64,000 nucleotides of DNA, from the NCBI GenBank assembly GCA_044223005.1, contig JBGAML010000015.1:1-64000 (forward strand). The letters run 5' to 3'. Of this stretch, positions 9,138-19,026 are shown piece by piece. How positions within the stretch are numbered: position 1 is the first letter of the stretch; every line of letters starts with the position of its first letter. Origin of the DNA: Candidatus Eiseniibacteriota bacterium (GTDB lineage Bacteria > Eisenbacteria > RBG-16-71-46). The position numbers and the translations under genes were made by a program. The notes beneath the pieces are model-generated. The model was given only the letters and a program-made list of their open reading frames with translations. It was not told the origin of the DNA and searched no databases.

Positions 9138-10400
9138 ATGGCCGCCGCAACTCGCGCCGCATCCCGCACGGCCGCGTGGATGCCGATCGCCTTCGCGATC
9201 CTGCTGTTCCTGCCCATGTTGCGGAACGGCTTCGTCGCGGACGACTTCACCTGGCTCGATCGCACGATCGACACGCTCGCGCGACCCGGACTGCTCTTCA
9301 GCTTCCCCGAGAAGGACTTCCGCCCGTTCGCGAGCTTCCTGTGGCTCGTGAACCTGTGGTTCGCCGGGGTCGCCCCGATCGGCTACGACCTCGTGAACCT
9401 GCTGCTGCACGCGCTCAACGTCGCACTCGTACACCGGCTGGCCCTGCGCGTCGGCGGCGGGCGGCGCGATCTCGCGTTCGTCACCGCGGCGCTCTTCGCG
9501 GCCACGTTCGGGAGCTACGGCCTCGCGGTCGGCTGGATCTCGGCGCGCACCGGGCTGCTGGCCGACGGACTCGTGCTCGCGACGCTGCTGCTGCACGCGC
9601 GCTGGATCGAGCGTGGGCGAGCATTCGACCGCGCGGCCTCGCTCGTCACGTTCGCGCTCGCCCTGCTCAGCAAGGAATCCGCGGTGGTGCTGCCCCTGGT
9701 GCTGCTCGCGATCGAGTGGGTGACGCTGGGCACCTGGCGCGAGGTGGTCGCGCCCGCGCGGCTGCGACGCTGGATGCCGCACCTGTTGCTGCTCGCGGCC
9801 TACCTCGGCTACCAGTTCCTGGTCTTCCGCCGCGGATCACCCGTGCTCGGCCGGACCTACGCGCTGGGGCCACACGTCGCGAGCCACTTCGGCGAATACC
9901 TCGTGCGCATGGCGATCCCGCTCGACGCGACGTCGACCATGCTGCCGCTGCCGGTGACACTGCGCACGGTGCTCGCCGTGTGCGAGGGCATCCTCGGCGC
10001 CGCCCTTCCGGTGGCGTGGGCCGCGCTGGCATGGCGGCGGCGCGAGCGCTGGGTGCGCTTCGGCGTCGCATGGATGTTCGTCATGCTGCTGCCCTACCTG
10101 GGATTCACGTGGCGCACCGACACGCGCTACCTCTACGGACCGAGCATCGGCTTCTGCCTGCTCGCCGGCGGCGCAATCGCCACATGGCGAGAACAGCTCG
10201 CCGACCGGCGCCGGTTGCGGTGGCTACCGGTGACCGTGCTCGCCGCGCTTCTCGCGCTCTCGGGCGGCGTGGTCGAGTTCGTGCTCGCGACGCAGTACCG
10301 CTACGCCCAGCGCGCGCCGGCGGAAGCGCGCGCGGAACTCGCCCACCGGCTCGCCGTGCACCCGCGCGCCGCCGACGTGCGGCGGCCGGAGCCACGCTGA
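9138..10400 (+). CDS. GT-C-fold (ArnT/PMT-like) membrane glycosyltransferase-like protein
   Basis: FVADDF loop, FRP, LHALN, ALLSKESAV, RYLY motifs; multiple TM; start approximate. Confidence 0.72.
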   Translation: MAAATRAASRTAAWMPIAFAILLFLPMLRNGFVADDFTWLDRTIDTLARPGLLFSFPEKDFRPFASFLWLVNLWFAGVAPIGYDLVNLLLHALNVALVHRLALRVGGGRRDLAFVTAALFAATFGSYGLAVGWISARTGLLADGLVLATLLLHARWIERGRAFDRAASLVTFALALLSKESAVVLPLVLLAIEWVTLGTWREVVAPARLRRWMPHLLLLAAYLGYQFLVFRRGSPVLGRTYALGPHVASHFGEYLVRMAIPLDATSTMLPLPVTLRTVLAVCEGILGAALPVAWAALAWRRRERWVRFGVAWMFVMLLPYLGFTWRTDTRYLYGPSIGFCLLAGGAIATWREQLADRRRLRWLPVTVLAALLALSGGVVEFVLATQYRYAQRAPAEARAELAHRLAVHPRAADVRRPEPR

Positions 10401-10586
10401 GAGACGGTCGCCGACGCGTCCGCGAGGTGTTTCGTACGATGTCCCTGGCCATGCTCACCGTCACCGCGGAACGAATGGTCGGGTGCAGGGCTCCGAGTCG
10501 GCCTATGCTGTCGCCGTCATCCTGTTGTTCCCGGTGTCGTCCCCCCGTCGGGATATTCCACGCGAATCCCCCGTGAGGAGCGACCT

Positions 10587-12839
10587 ATGCCGTCCCGTTG
10601 GCTCACCCGCGCCGCTCTGGCGCTCGTGCTCCTGCTTTCGACCGCGGCCGCCGGCGCGGCCCGGCCCAATCCCACCGCCCTGAATCTCGGCTTCGAAGCG
10701 GGCGACTCTCTCGGCATCCCGACCGGTTGGATCTTCGCCGACCTCGCGCGCCAGGCGGGGTACGTGCCGTCATTGGGAGACTCGGTGCCGTTCGAGGGCA
10801 CGCACTTCAGCCGCACCGTCAGTGCCGGTCCACGGGGTGACGTCCGCTTCTCCACCGTGATGCAGGGCATCGACGCGCGGCCATGGCGCGGCCGGCGCTT
10901 CGTGCTTCGCTCGCACCTGCGCTATCTCGGCTCCGGCGTTCCGGGCGCCGCGCAGATGTGGGCACGCGTCGATTGCAAGGGCGGGTCGTTCGGCTTCTTC
11001 GACAACATGGACGACCGCCCCGTGCGCGCGCCGCTCTGGACCACCGCCACGATCGTGGGAACGATCGACGACTCCGCCCAGGTCCTGGCGATCGGGTACA
11101 TGCTCGTGGGTGGCGGCGAAGCCGATGCCGACGGGTTCTCGCTGGAGATCGCACCCGCGGAGACGTGCATCACGACTCCGGTCGACGCGCGTGCGCTCGC
11201 GAACCTCGTCGCGTACACGCGATTGCTCGGCTACGTCCGGCTGTTCGACGCCAGCGACGCATCGGCCGCGACCGACTGGAACGCCTTCGCGTGCGCGACG
11301 ATCACATCGGTCGAAGGCTGCCGCGACGCCGCCGCGCTCGCACGCACGCTGCGGGAGACGTTCGCGCCGCGTGCGCCCGGACTGATCGTCGCGACGGGCC
11401 GGATGCCCGCGCATCTGGACACGCTGCCACCGGCGGCAGGCTCGAGCGGTTACCGCGCGTGGCGCCAGTACGGGTTCCCGACCGTTCCCAATCAGGCCGT
11501 CTACCATCGCGAGCGAGTCTGGGTGCCCGCTGGAACACCTCCGCCGGCCGATCTTCCAGTGCGAGGCTCGTTCGTCGCCGCCGATCTCGGTGGAGGTGTG
11601 TGGTGCCGTGTGCCGATCGCGGCGGACGGCGATTCGTCGCACACGCTGCCCGTCTCCGACTCGCCGCCGCTGCCTCCGCGCCCGCCGAGTACCGCCGTCG
11701 ACCGTGCGACGCGGTTCGCGGACGTGGCGCTGGCGTGGACCGTCCTGCGCCACTTCTATCCCTACTGGGACGTGGTGCACGACGACTGGGACCGCGCGCT
11801 GGAACAAGCACTGTCGCGCAGCGCGACCGACCGCAACGCGAGAGAGCATCTGGAGACACTCGAGCGGATGTGGGCACACCTGCACGACGGCCACGGTGCC
11901 GTCTCGGGTCCGGGGGAGCGATTCGCCTACGCACCGATGGCCTGGGATTGGGCGGGGGAACATCTCGTCGTCACCGCCGTCGACGACTCCCTGCTGCCTG
12001 GTACGCACGTGGGCGACGAGGTGGTCGCGGTCGGCGGCGTGCCGACGGCGACCGCGGCCGCACGCGCCGCCGAGCGCATCAGCGGTGCGACGCCCGGCTG
12101 GATCCATGCCCGGCTCCGGTATGAGCTCTTCACCGCTGCCGGTCTCGACACGCTCCCGATCCGGCTTCTCGACGCCGCAGGGCGCACGCACGAGGTCGCG
12201 ATTCCGCTCCGGCGCGACATCGCGCCGCCGCGGGCCGCCCGGCCGGATACGATCGTGCAACTGCGGCCCGGCATCTGGTACGTCGACCTCACGCGCAGCA
12301 ATGCGGTCCAGTTCGAGGCGCATGCGCGCGACTTCGCCGCCGCTCGCGGTCTCATCTACGACGTGCGGGGATACCCCGGCAGGCTGGGAACCGTGTTCCT
12401 CTCGCACCTCGCCGATACGGCGCTGACCTGTGATCGCTGGAACGTCCCCATCGTCCGCTACCCGGATGGCCATGACCTCCGGTTCGATTTCTCGAACTGG
12501 TCCGCTCCGCCACGCGCTCCCCGCTTCACGGCGCGGGTCGCGTTCCTGACCGACGGCAGCGCGATCTCGTACGCGGAAACCTGCATGGGCATCGCGGAAT
12601 CCCACCACCTCGGCGAGATCGTGGGCGAGCCGACCGCGGGGACGAACGGCAACGTGATCGCGTTCGACCTGCCGGGAGGGAACCGGGTGCGCTACACGGG
12701 CATGCGCGTCCTCAAGTACGACGGCTCGCAGCATCACGGGGTCGGCATCCGGCCCACGGTGCCCGTGTCTCCGACCGTGGCCGGGATCCGCGCGGGCCGT
12801 GACGAGGTGCTGGACCGCGGCGGCGCACGCCCCGCGTGA
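10587..12839 (+). CDS. Secreted S41 family peptidase with N-terminal beta-sandwich-like domain
   Basis: GAGGAG RBS, signal peptide; HFYPY, LHDGH, IYDVRGYP, AISYAE (catalytic Ser), GEPTAGTNG, GVGIRP. Confidence 0.85.
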   Translation: MPSRWLTRAALALVLLLSTAAAGAARPNPTALNLGFEAGDSLGIPTGWIFADLARQAGYVPSLGDSVPFEGTHFSRTVSAGPRGDVRFSTVMQGIDARPWRGRRFVLRSHLRYLGSGVPGAAQMWARVDCKGGSFGFFDNMDDRPVRAPLWTTATIVGTIDDSAQVLAIGYMLVGGGEADADGFSLEIAPAETCITTPVDARALANLVAYTRLLGYVRLFDASDASAATDWNAFACATITSVEGCRDAAALARTLRETFAPRAPGLIVATGRMPAHLDTLPPAAGSSGYRAWRQYGFPTVPNQAVYHRERVWVPAGTPPPADLPVRGSFVAADLGGGVWCRVPIAADGDSSHTLPVSDSPPLPPRPPSTAVDRATRFADVALAWTVLRHFYPYWDVVHDDWDRALEQALSRSATDRNAREHLETLERMWAHLHDGHGAVSGPGERFAYAPMAWDWAGEHLVVTAVDDSLLPGTHVGDEVVAVGGVPTATAAARAAERISGATPGWIHARLRYELFTAAGLDTLPIRLLDAAGRTHEVAIPLRRDIAPPRAARPDTIVQLRPGIWYVDLTRSNAVQFEAHARDFAAARGLIYDVRGYPGRLGTVFLSHLADTALTCDRWNVPIVRYPDGHDLRFDFSNWSAPPRAPRFTARVAFLTDGSAISYAETCMGIAESHHLGEIVGEPTAGTNGNVIAFDLPGGNRVRYTGMRVLKYDGSQHHGVGIRPTVPVSPTVAGIRAGRDEVLDRGGARPA

Positions 12840-12897
12840 GCCCGCGCGGGGCGTGCGCTATGCTCGGCGTGGAACGCATCGCACCGGAGGGCCGCAC

Positions 12898-13263
12898 GTG
12901 CACGAGCTGGGGATCGCGATGGAAGTGCTGCGGCTGAGCCGCGAGCGCTTGGGCGCCGCGGGCGGCCGGATCGCATCCGTGACCGTGGCCGTGGGCGAAC
13001 TCTCGGCAGTCGAGCCCGACCTGCTCCGTTTCGCGTGGGAAGCCGCGGTGCGCGGCACGCCCGACGAAGGCGCGGCGATGGCGATCGAGTGGTGCCGCGC
13101 GCGACAGACGTGCGCTTCGTGCGGCGACGTGCCCGAGCGTGCGCCGGGGAGCTGGCTGCGCCTCTGCCCGCAGTGCGGCGGCGCGTTGCGCGTGGAGGGC
13201 GGGCAGGAACTGGACCTGCTCCGCGTCGAGGCCGCGAGCGCGGCGGGGGAGGCGAAGCGATGA
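12898..13263 (+). CDS. hypA: Hydrogenase maturation nickel metallochaperone HypA
   Basis: GTG start after GGAGG; MHELGIA, GELSAVEP, two CxxC, GQEL. Confidence 0.93.
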   Translation: MHELGIAMEVLRLSRERLGAAGGRIASVTVAVGELSAVEPDLLRFAWEAAVRGTPDEGAAMAIEWCRARQTCASCGDVPERAPGSWLRLCPQCGGALRVEGGQELDLLRVEAASAAGEAKR

Positions 13264-13925
13264 GCGAGACCGACGTGCGCCAGCGCGTGCTGGCGGCGAA
13301 CGAAGCGGCGGCGTCCGAACTTCGCGAGCGCTTCCGCGCGCAAGGCACGCTGGTCGCCAACCTGATCTCGTCGCCGGGCTCGGGCAAGACGACGCTTCTC
13401 GAGGCGACCGCGAAGCGCCTCGCCGGTCGCGTGAAGCTGGGCGTGATCGAGGGCGACATCGCCACCGAACGCGACGCGGACCGCCTGCGCGCGCTGGGCG
13501 TACCCGCGCACCAGATCCTGACCGGCGGCTCGTGCCATCTCGACGCGCGGCAGGTGCAGGCCGCGATGCGCGCGACGAGCTTCGACGGCGTCGACCTGCT
13601 GCTGATCGAGAACGTGGGCAACCTGATCTGCCCGACGAGCTACGACCTCGGCGAGGACTTCAAGGTGGTCGTGCTGTCGGTGACCGAGGGCGAGGACAAG
13701 CCGTTCAAGTACCCGGCGATCTTCGCGCGTGCCGACGTGGCGGTGATCAGCAAGCTGGACCTGCTGCCGCACGTGCCGTTCGCGATCGACGAGGTGCGCG
13801 CGCAGGTCGCGGCGTTGCGCCCGGACGGCACGCGGATCGAGCTGAGCGCACGCACGGGTGAAGGCATGGACGCCTGGATCGGCCTGCTCGAACGGCGGCT
13901 GGCGGAAAAGCGCGCGCGCGCCTGA
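13260..13925 (+). CDS. hypB: Hydrogenase nickel incorporation GTPase HypB
   Basis: SSPGSGKTT, CHLDA, ENVGNLICP, EGEDKPFKYP; ATGA overlap with hypA. Confidence 0.95.
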   Translation: MSETDVRQRVLAANEAAASELRERFRAQGTLVANLISSPGSGKTTLLEATAKRLAGRVKLGVIEGDIATERDADRLRALGVPAHQILTGGSCHLDARQVQAAMRATSFDGVDLLLIENVGNLICPTSYDLGEDFKVVVLSVTEGEDKPFKYPAIFARADVAVISKLDLLPHVPFAIDEVRAQVAALRPDGTRIELSARTGEGMDAWIGLLERRLAEKRARA

Positions 13926-13937
13926 GGGCGCGGCCCT

Positions 13938-15005
13938 TCAGCAGATCCGCGGCAGCTGCTCGCCCGAGAGCAGGTCGACGACGCGCTCGCCGCCGATGCG
14001 GCTGCGCAGCACGACGCGTCCGGGATGCTCCGCGACGACCTCGCCGATCGCGGCGGCCTCGCGGCCTAGCGGATGCGCGCGCATCGCGGCGAGCGCGGCC
14101 TCCGCGGCCTCGGGCGCGACGAACGCGAGCACCTTGCCCTCGTTGGCCACGTAGAGCGGATCGAGCCCCAGGATCTCGCACGCGCCGCGCACGGGCTCGG
14201 CGATCGGGATCGCCGCCTCGCGCAGGCGCACGCCCACGCGCGCGGCCTGGGCGATCTCGTTGGCCGCGCTCGAGACGCCGCCGCGCGTGGGATCGCGCAG
14301 CACGTGCACGGCGTCGCCCGCGGCGGCGAGCACGTCCGCGATCAGGCCGTGGAGCGCGGCCGAATCGCTCACGACGGCGGTCTCGAACGCGAGCCCCTCG
14401 CGCACGCTCATGATCGCGATGCCGTGCTGCGCGATCGGGCCGTTGACCAGCACCACGTCGCCGGGTGCCGCGCGCTGCGGCGCGATCTCGCGCCCCGCGG
14501 GCACGCGGCCGATGCCGGTCGTGTTCACGAACAGGCCGTCGCCCTTGCCGCGGTCGACCACCTTGGTGTCGCCGGTCACGATCTCCACGCCCGCGGCCGC
14601 CGCGGCGGCCTGCATCGAGCAGACGATCCGCCACAGCTCGTCCATCGCGAGCCCTTCCTCGATCACGAACGCCACCGACAGCGCGAGCGGCGTGGCGCCG
14701 CACATGGCGAGGTCGTTGACCGTGCCGTGCACGGCGAGCGAACCGATGTCGCCGCCGGGGAAGAAGCGCGGGCTCACCACGAACGAGTCGGTCGAGATCG
14801 CCAGCCGGGCGCCGTCCACTTCGAGCAGCGCGCCGTCGTGCATGCGGCCGAGGCGCGCGTTCGCGAACGCGGGCGCGAACATGCGCTCGATCAGCATCTG
14901 CGTCAGCCGTCCGCCGCCGCCGTGGCCGAGCGTGACCTGCGGGTAGTCCGAGATCGGGATCGGGCACTGCAGCGCGCCCAGCGCCGCGGGGTCGAACGAG
15001 CTCAT
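13938..15005 (-). CDS. hypE: Hydrogenase maturation protein HypE
   Basis: [29 protein letters not shown]-terminal LPRIC. Confidence 0.96.
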   Translation of the reverse strand: MSSFDPAALGALQCPIPISDYPQVTLGHGGGGRLTQMLIERMFAPAFANARLGRMHDGALLEVDGARLAISTDSFVVSPRFFPGGDIGSLAVHGTVNDLAMCGATPLALSVAFVIEEGLAMDELWRIVCSMQAAAAAAGVEIVTGDTKVVDRGKGDGLFVNTTGIGRVPAGREIAPQRAAPGDVVLVNGPIAQHGIAIMSVREGLAFETAVVSDSAALHGLIADVLAAAGDAVHVLRDPTRGGVSSAANEIAQAARVGVRLREAAIPIAEPVRGACEILGLDPLYVANEGKVLAFVAPEAAEAALAAMRAHPLGREAAAIGEVVAEHPGRVVLRSRIGGERVVDLLSGEQLPRIC

Positions 15006-16090
15006 GCGGTCCTCTTGTAGTGCCAGTAGGCGGCGCACGCGCCCTCGGAGGACACCATCGGCGCACCGAGCGGTTTCTCCGGCGTGCATCGCGTGCCGAA
15101 CGCCGGGCAGTCGTGCGGCTTATTGCGGCCGCGCAGGATCGCGCCCGCGATGCACTCGGGCGACTCGGTCGCGGTGACGCCCGTGACGGCGAAGCGCTTC
15201 TCGGCGTCGAACGCCGCGAAGCGCTCGCGCAGCCGGTAGCCGCTCGCGGGGATTACGCCGACGCCGCGCCAGGCGCGGTCGCACACCTCGAACACCTCGC
15301 GCAGCAGCGCCTGCGCGCGCACGTTGCCCTCGCGCGTCACGGCGCGCACGTACTGGTTCTCGACGCCGTGGCGGCCTTCTTCGAGCGCCGTCACCGCCAT
15401 GAGCACGCCCTGCGCGAGGTCCATGGGCTCGAAGCCCGTGACCACGATCGGCACGCGGAAGCGCTCGGCGATCGGCGGGTACTCCTCGGTGCCCATCACC
15501 GCGCAGACGTGGCCGGCGGCGAGGAAGCCCTGCACGAGGTTGTCGGGGGCGCCGAGCAGCGCCTCCATGGCGGGCGGCACGAGCACGTGCGAGACGAGCA
15601 CCGAGAAATTGGTCAGGCCGAGCTGCTCCGCCTGCCACACGGCCATCGCGTTGGCGGGCGCCGTGGTCTCGAAGCCCACGGCGAAGAACACGACCTGCTT
15701 CTCCGGGTGCTTCCGTGCCAGCGTCACCGCGTCGAGCGGCGAATACACCATGCGCACGTCGCCGCCGCGCGCCTTGACCGCGAGCAGGTCCGACGCCGAG
15801 CCGGGCACGCGCAGCATGTCGCCGAACGACGTGAAGATCACGTCGGGGCGCGAGGCGATCGCGATCGCGCGGTCGATCTGCTCGAGCGGCGTCACGCACA
15901 CCGGGCAGCCCGGCCCGTGCACGAGCGTGATCTCGTCCGGGAACATGCGGTCGAGCCCGGACTTGACCAGCGTGTGCGTCTGCCCGCCGCAGATCTCCAT
16001 GAGCGTCCACGGGCGCTTGACCGTGCGGCGGATCGCGGCGACGAGCGCCTGCGTGCCGGCTTCGTTGCGGTACTCGTCGACGTACTTCAT
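15002..16090 (-). CDS. hypD: Hydrogenase maturation protein HypD
   Basis: [36 protein letters not shown]. Confidence 0.96.
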   Translation of the reverse strand: MKYVDEYRNEAGTQALVAAIRRTVKRPWTLMEICGGQTHTLVKSGLDRMFPDEITLVHGPGCPVCVTPLEQIDRAIAIASRPDVIFTSFGDMLRVPGSASDLLAVKARGGDVRMVYSPLDAVTLARKHPEKQVVFFAVGFETTAPANAMAVWQAEQLGLTNFSVLVSHVLVPPAMEALLGAPDNLVQGFLAAGHVCAVMGTEEYPPIAERFRVPIVVTGFEPMDLAQGVLMAVTALEEGRHGVENQYVRAVTREGNVRAQALLREVFEVCDRAWRGVGVIPASGYRLRERFAAFDAEKRFAVTGVTATESPECIAGAILRGRNKPHDCPAFGTRCTPEKPLGAPMVSSEGACAAYWHYKRTA

Positions 16091-16112
16091 CGGGGGCCTC
16101 CGCGGCGATGCG

Positions 16113-16370
16113 TCATTCGGGCTGGGGGACGTCGAGCTCGGCGAGCTCGCCCGTGCCGCGGAGGACATCGAACATCTCGATCGCCTCGCGCTCGTCGATC
16201 TTGGAAATCGCGAAGCCCACGTGCACGACCACGTATTCGCCGACGGCCACGTCGGGCACGTAGGCGAGGCAGACCGACTTGGCGATGCCGCCGAAGTCGA
16301 CCGTGCCCATGGTCATGCCGAGCGCGTTGGTCTCGACCTTCGTCACCTTGCCGGGCACTCCGAGGCACAT
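16113..16370 (-). CDS. hypC: Hydrogenase maturation chaperone HypC
   Basis: MCLGVPGKV...[13 protein letters not shown]. Confidence 0.95.
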   Translation of the reverse strand: MCLGVPGKVTKVETNALGMTMGTVDFGGIAKSVCLAYVPDVAVGEYVVVHVGFAISKIDEREAIEMFDVLRGTGELAELDVPQPE

Positions 16371-16384
16371 GCCGCGTTCCTCCG

Positions 16385-16576
16385 TCACTCCGCCGGAGAG
16401 CTGTCCGGCTGGATCACCGCCAGCGCGAGTCCCGCGTGCGCCAGCACCACGTCGCCGACCTTCGCCGCGGGCAGCAGGTCGAGCGCGATGCGCGTGCGCG
16501 CGCCGCCCACCGAGAGCACGCCCGTGCGCGCGGCCTCGTCCTCGATCGCCACCAGCGTTCCGGTCGTCAGCTGCAC
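16385..16576 (-). CDS. HypC-like protein lacking the N-terminal Cys (63 aa)
   Basis: GGAGGAG RBS, GTG start; ...IALDLLPAAKVGDVVLAHAGLALAVI matches HypC OB-fold C-terminal half; no Cys. Confidence 0.75.
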   Translation of the reverse strand: MQLTTGTLVAIEDEAARTGVLSVGGARTRIALDLLPAAKVGDVVLAHAGLALAVIQPDSSPAE

Positions 16577-16586
16577 CGCTCCTCCG

Positions 16587-18911
16587 TCACGCGCCCGCAA
16601 TGCCGCGGGCGCGTGCCACCGCCACCTGTCCGTACGCGATGCCGCCGTCGTTGGGCGGGACGCGACGGTGTTGCAGGACTTCGTGTCCGGCCGCTCGCAG
16701 CCGGCCGGCCGCCTGGTCGGCGAGGCGCCGGTTCTGGAAGCAGCCGCCGCTCAGCGCGACGCGGCGTTCGCCCACGCGCGAGGCCACGTCGGCGATCGCG
16801 CCGGCCAGTGACGCGTGGATCGCCGCGGCCATCGACGCGCGATCGCGCCCGCGCGCGAGGTCGTCGAGCACCGCGGCGACCAGCGGCCGCCAGTCCATCT
16901 CCAGCACTCCATCGCGCCGGGGCGCGACCGGGACAGGATACGCCGGGGCATCCGCGCCGTCTGCGGCGAACTCGAGCGCGATCGCGGCCTGGCCCTCGTA
17001 CGCGGCGCGCTGCCGCAGCCCGAGCAGCGACGCGAGCCCGTCGAAGATCCGGCCCGCGCTGGTGGTGACCGGCGCGTGCGCGCCGGTGGCGATCATGCGC
17101 GCGAGCACGCCGCGCTCGGCCTCGCCGAAGCTCGCGACCGGCTCGACGTCGGTGCGCGCGAAGGCCGCCTCGCCGAGCGTTTCCGCGAGCAGCGCGAGCG
17201 CGGTGCGCCGCGGCTCGCGCACCGCGGCGTCGCCGCCGGGCAGGCGGAACGGCCGCAGTGCCGCGACGCGCGCGAACTCGGCCGCGTCGCCGAGCAGACA
17301 CTCGCCGCCCCAGATGGTGCCGTCGGTGCCGTAACCGGTGCCGTCCCACGTGATCCCGAGCGCGCGGCCCGGTTCGCCGTGCTCGGCGAGGCACGCCGCG
17401 AGGTGCGCGTGATGGTGCTGCACGCCGACGAGCGGCACGCCGCGCGCAGCGGCCGCGCGCTTCGCCCACTGCGTCGCGGCGTAGTCGGGGTGCAGGTCGT
17501 GCGCGATCGCGGCGGGCGCGGCTTCGTAGAGCCGCTCGAAGTCGGCGATCACGCGCTCGAACGCGGCGACGGCCTGCGGGGTTTCCAGGTCGCCGAGGTG
17601 CTGGCTCACGAACGCCTGCGGTCCCACGGCGAGTGCGACCGCGCCCTTCAGGTGCGCGCCCACGCCCAGCACGTTGGCGCCGTCGCGAGCGAGCGGCAGC
17701 GGCAGCGGCGCGTACCCGCGCGCGCGGCGCAGCAGCGCCAAGCCCCCCTCGCGCATCCAGCCGACCGAGTCGTCGCAGTGCCGCTCGATCGGGCGGTCGT
17801 GCACGAGCAGCAGATCGGCGATGCCCGCGAGCCGCTCGAGCGCCTCGCGCTCGTCGGTGACGATCGGTTCGTCGTGCCGGTTGCCGCTGGTGGCGATCAC
17901 CGGGGCGTCGAGCGCCGCGAGCAGCAGGTGGTGGAGCGGCGTCGAGGGCAGCATGACGCCCAGCGTCGGCAGCCCGGGCGCGACGCCGGACGCGAGCGCC
18001 GCGCCCTCGCGCCGCGGCGCGAGCACGATCGGCGCTTCGGGCGAGGCGAGCACCGCTTCCGCGGCGGCGTCGAGGTGCACGAGCGCGCGCGCGGCCGCGA
18101 GGTCGCGCACCATCACCGCAAAGGGCTTCTCCTCGCGCGCCTTGCGTTCGCGCAGGCGCGCGACCGCGGCCGTGTCGCGCGCGTCGCACGCGAGCTGGAA
18201 GCCACCGAGGCCCTTCACCGCGACGATGCGACCGGCGCGGATCGCCGCCGCGGCCTCGCGCCACGCGGCCTCGCCTTCGGCGAGCACGGCGCCGGCGTCG
18301 GACCATAGTGCGACGCGCGGGCCGCACGCGGGGCACGCGGTCGGCTGCGCGTGGAAGCGGCGGTCGCGCGGGTCCGCGTACTCGCGCCGGCACTCGGGGC
18401 ACATCGCGAAGCCGGCCATGGTCGTGTTCGGCCGGTCGTACGGCAGCGCACGCACGATCGTGAAGCGCGGACCGCAGTGCGTGCAGTTGGTGAACGGGTA
18501 GCCGTGCCGGCGGTCCGCGGCGTTCGCGACGTCGGCCATGCAGTCCGCGCACGGCGCGAGATCCGGCAGCACGGCCACGGACTTCGGCCCCGTACCGTCG
18601 CTGTGGCGGATCTCGAAGCCCGCGAGGCCCACCGCGGGCAGCCACGCGGTCTCCTGCGCCGTCACGATCGCGCGCGGCGGTGGCTCGTCGCGCAGCCGAG
18701 CGACGAACGCTTCGAGCGCCCCGCGCGGGCCCTCGAGCTCGATCCGCACGCCCGAGGTGTCGTTGATCACCCAGCCGTCGAGCCCCAGCTCGGTCGCGTG
18801 CCGGTAGACGGTGGGGCGGAAGCCCACGCCCTGTACGGCGCCGCGGATCTCGAGCCGCAGGCGTTCGCGGTCGGGGCTCCCGGTGGGCGGTGCGGGCGGG
18901 TGATCGGCCAT
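16587..18911 (-). CDS. hypF: Carbamoyltransferase HypF
   Basis: GAVQGVGFRP, CxxC zinc fingers, RRFHAQP, KGLGGF, QHHHAH, DGTGYG, PPNDGG; start approximate. Confidence 0.95.
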   Translation of the reverse strand: MADHPPAPPTGSPDRERLRLEIRGAVQGVGFRPTVYRHATELGLDGWVINDTSGVRIELEGPRGALEAFVARLRDEPPPRAIVTAQETAWLPAVGLAGFEIRHSDGTGPKSVAVLPDLAPCADCMADVANAADRRHGYPFTNCTHCGPRFTIVRALPYDRPNTTMAGFAMCPECRREYADPRDRRFHAQPTACPACGPRVALWSDAGAVLAEGEAAWREAAAAIRAGRIVAVKGLGGFQLACDARDTAAVARLRERKAREEKPFAVMVRDLAAARALVHLDAAAEAVLASPEAPIVLAPRREGAALASGVAPGLPTLGVMLPSTPLHHLLLAALDAPVIATSGNRHDEPIVTDEREALERLAGIADLLLVHDRPIERHCDDSVGWMREGGLALLRRARGYAPLPLPLARDGANVLGVGAHLKGAVALAVGPQAFVSQHLGDLETPQAVAAFERVIADFERLYEAAPAAIAHDLHPDYAATQWAKRAAAARGVPLVGVQHHHAHLAACLAEHGEPGRALGITWDGTGYGTDGTIWGGECLLGDAAEFARVAALRPFRLPGGDAAVREPRRTALALLAETLGEAAFARTDVEPVASFGEAERGVLARMIATGAHAPVTTSAGRIFDGLASLLGLRQRAAYEGQAAIALEFAADGADAPAYPVPVAPRRDGVLEMDWRPLVAAVLDDLARGRDRASMAAAIHASLAGAIADVASRVGERRVALSGGCFQNRRLADQAAGRLRAAGHEVLQHRRVPPNDGGIAYGQVAVARARGIAGA

Positions 18912-19026
18912 GGTGACCGCATTCTCCGCCGGGACGCGCGGCGCGGACAAGCGCGGCCGATCGTGGGCTCGCCGGAGACGTCCTCGTGGATGCTATGGTC
19001 CGCCCGCGCGCCCGCGCGCACCTGCC

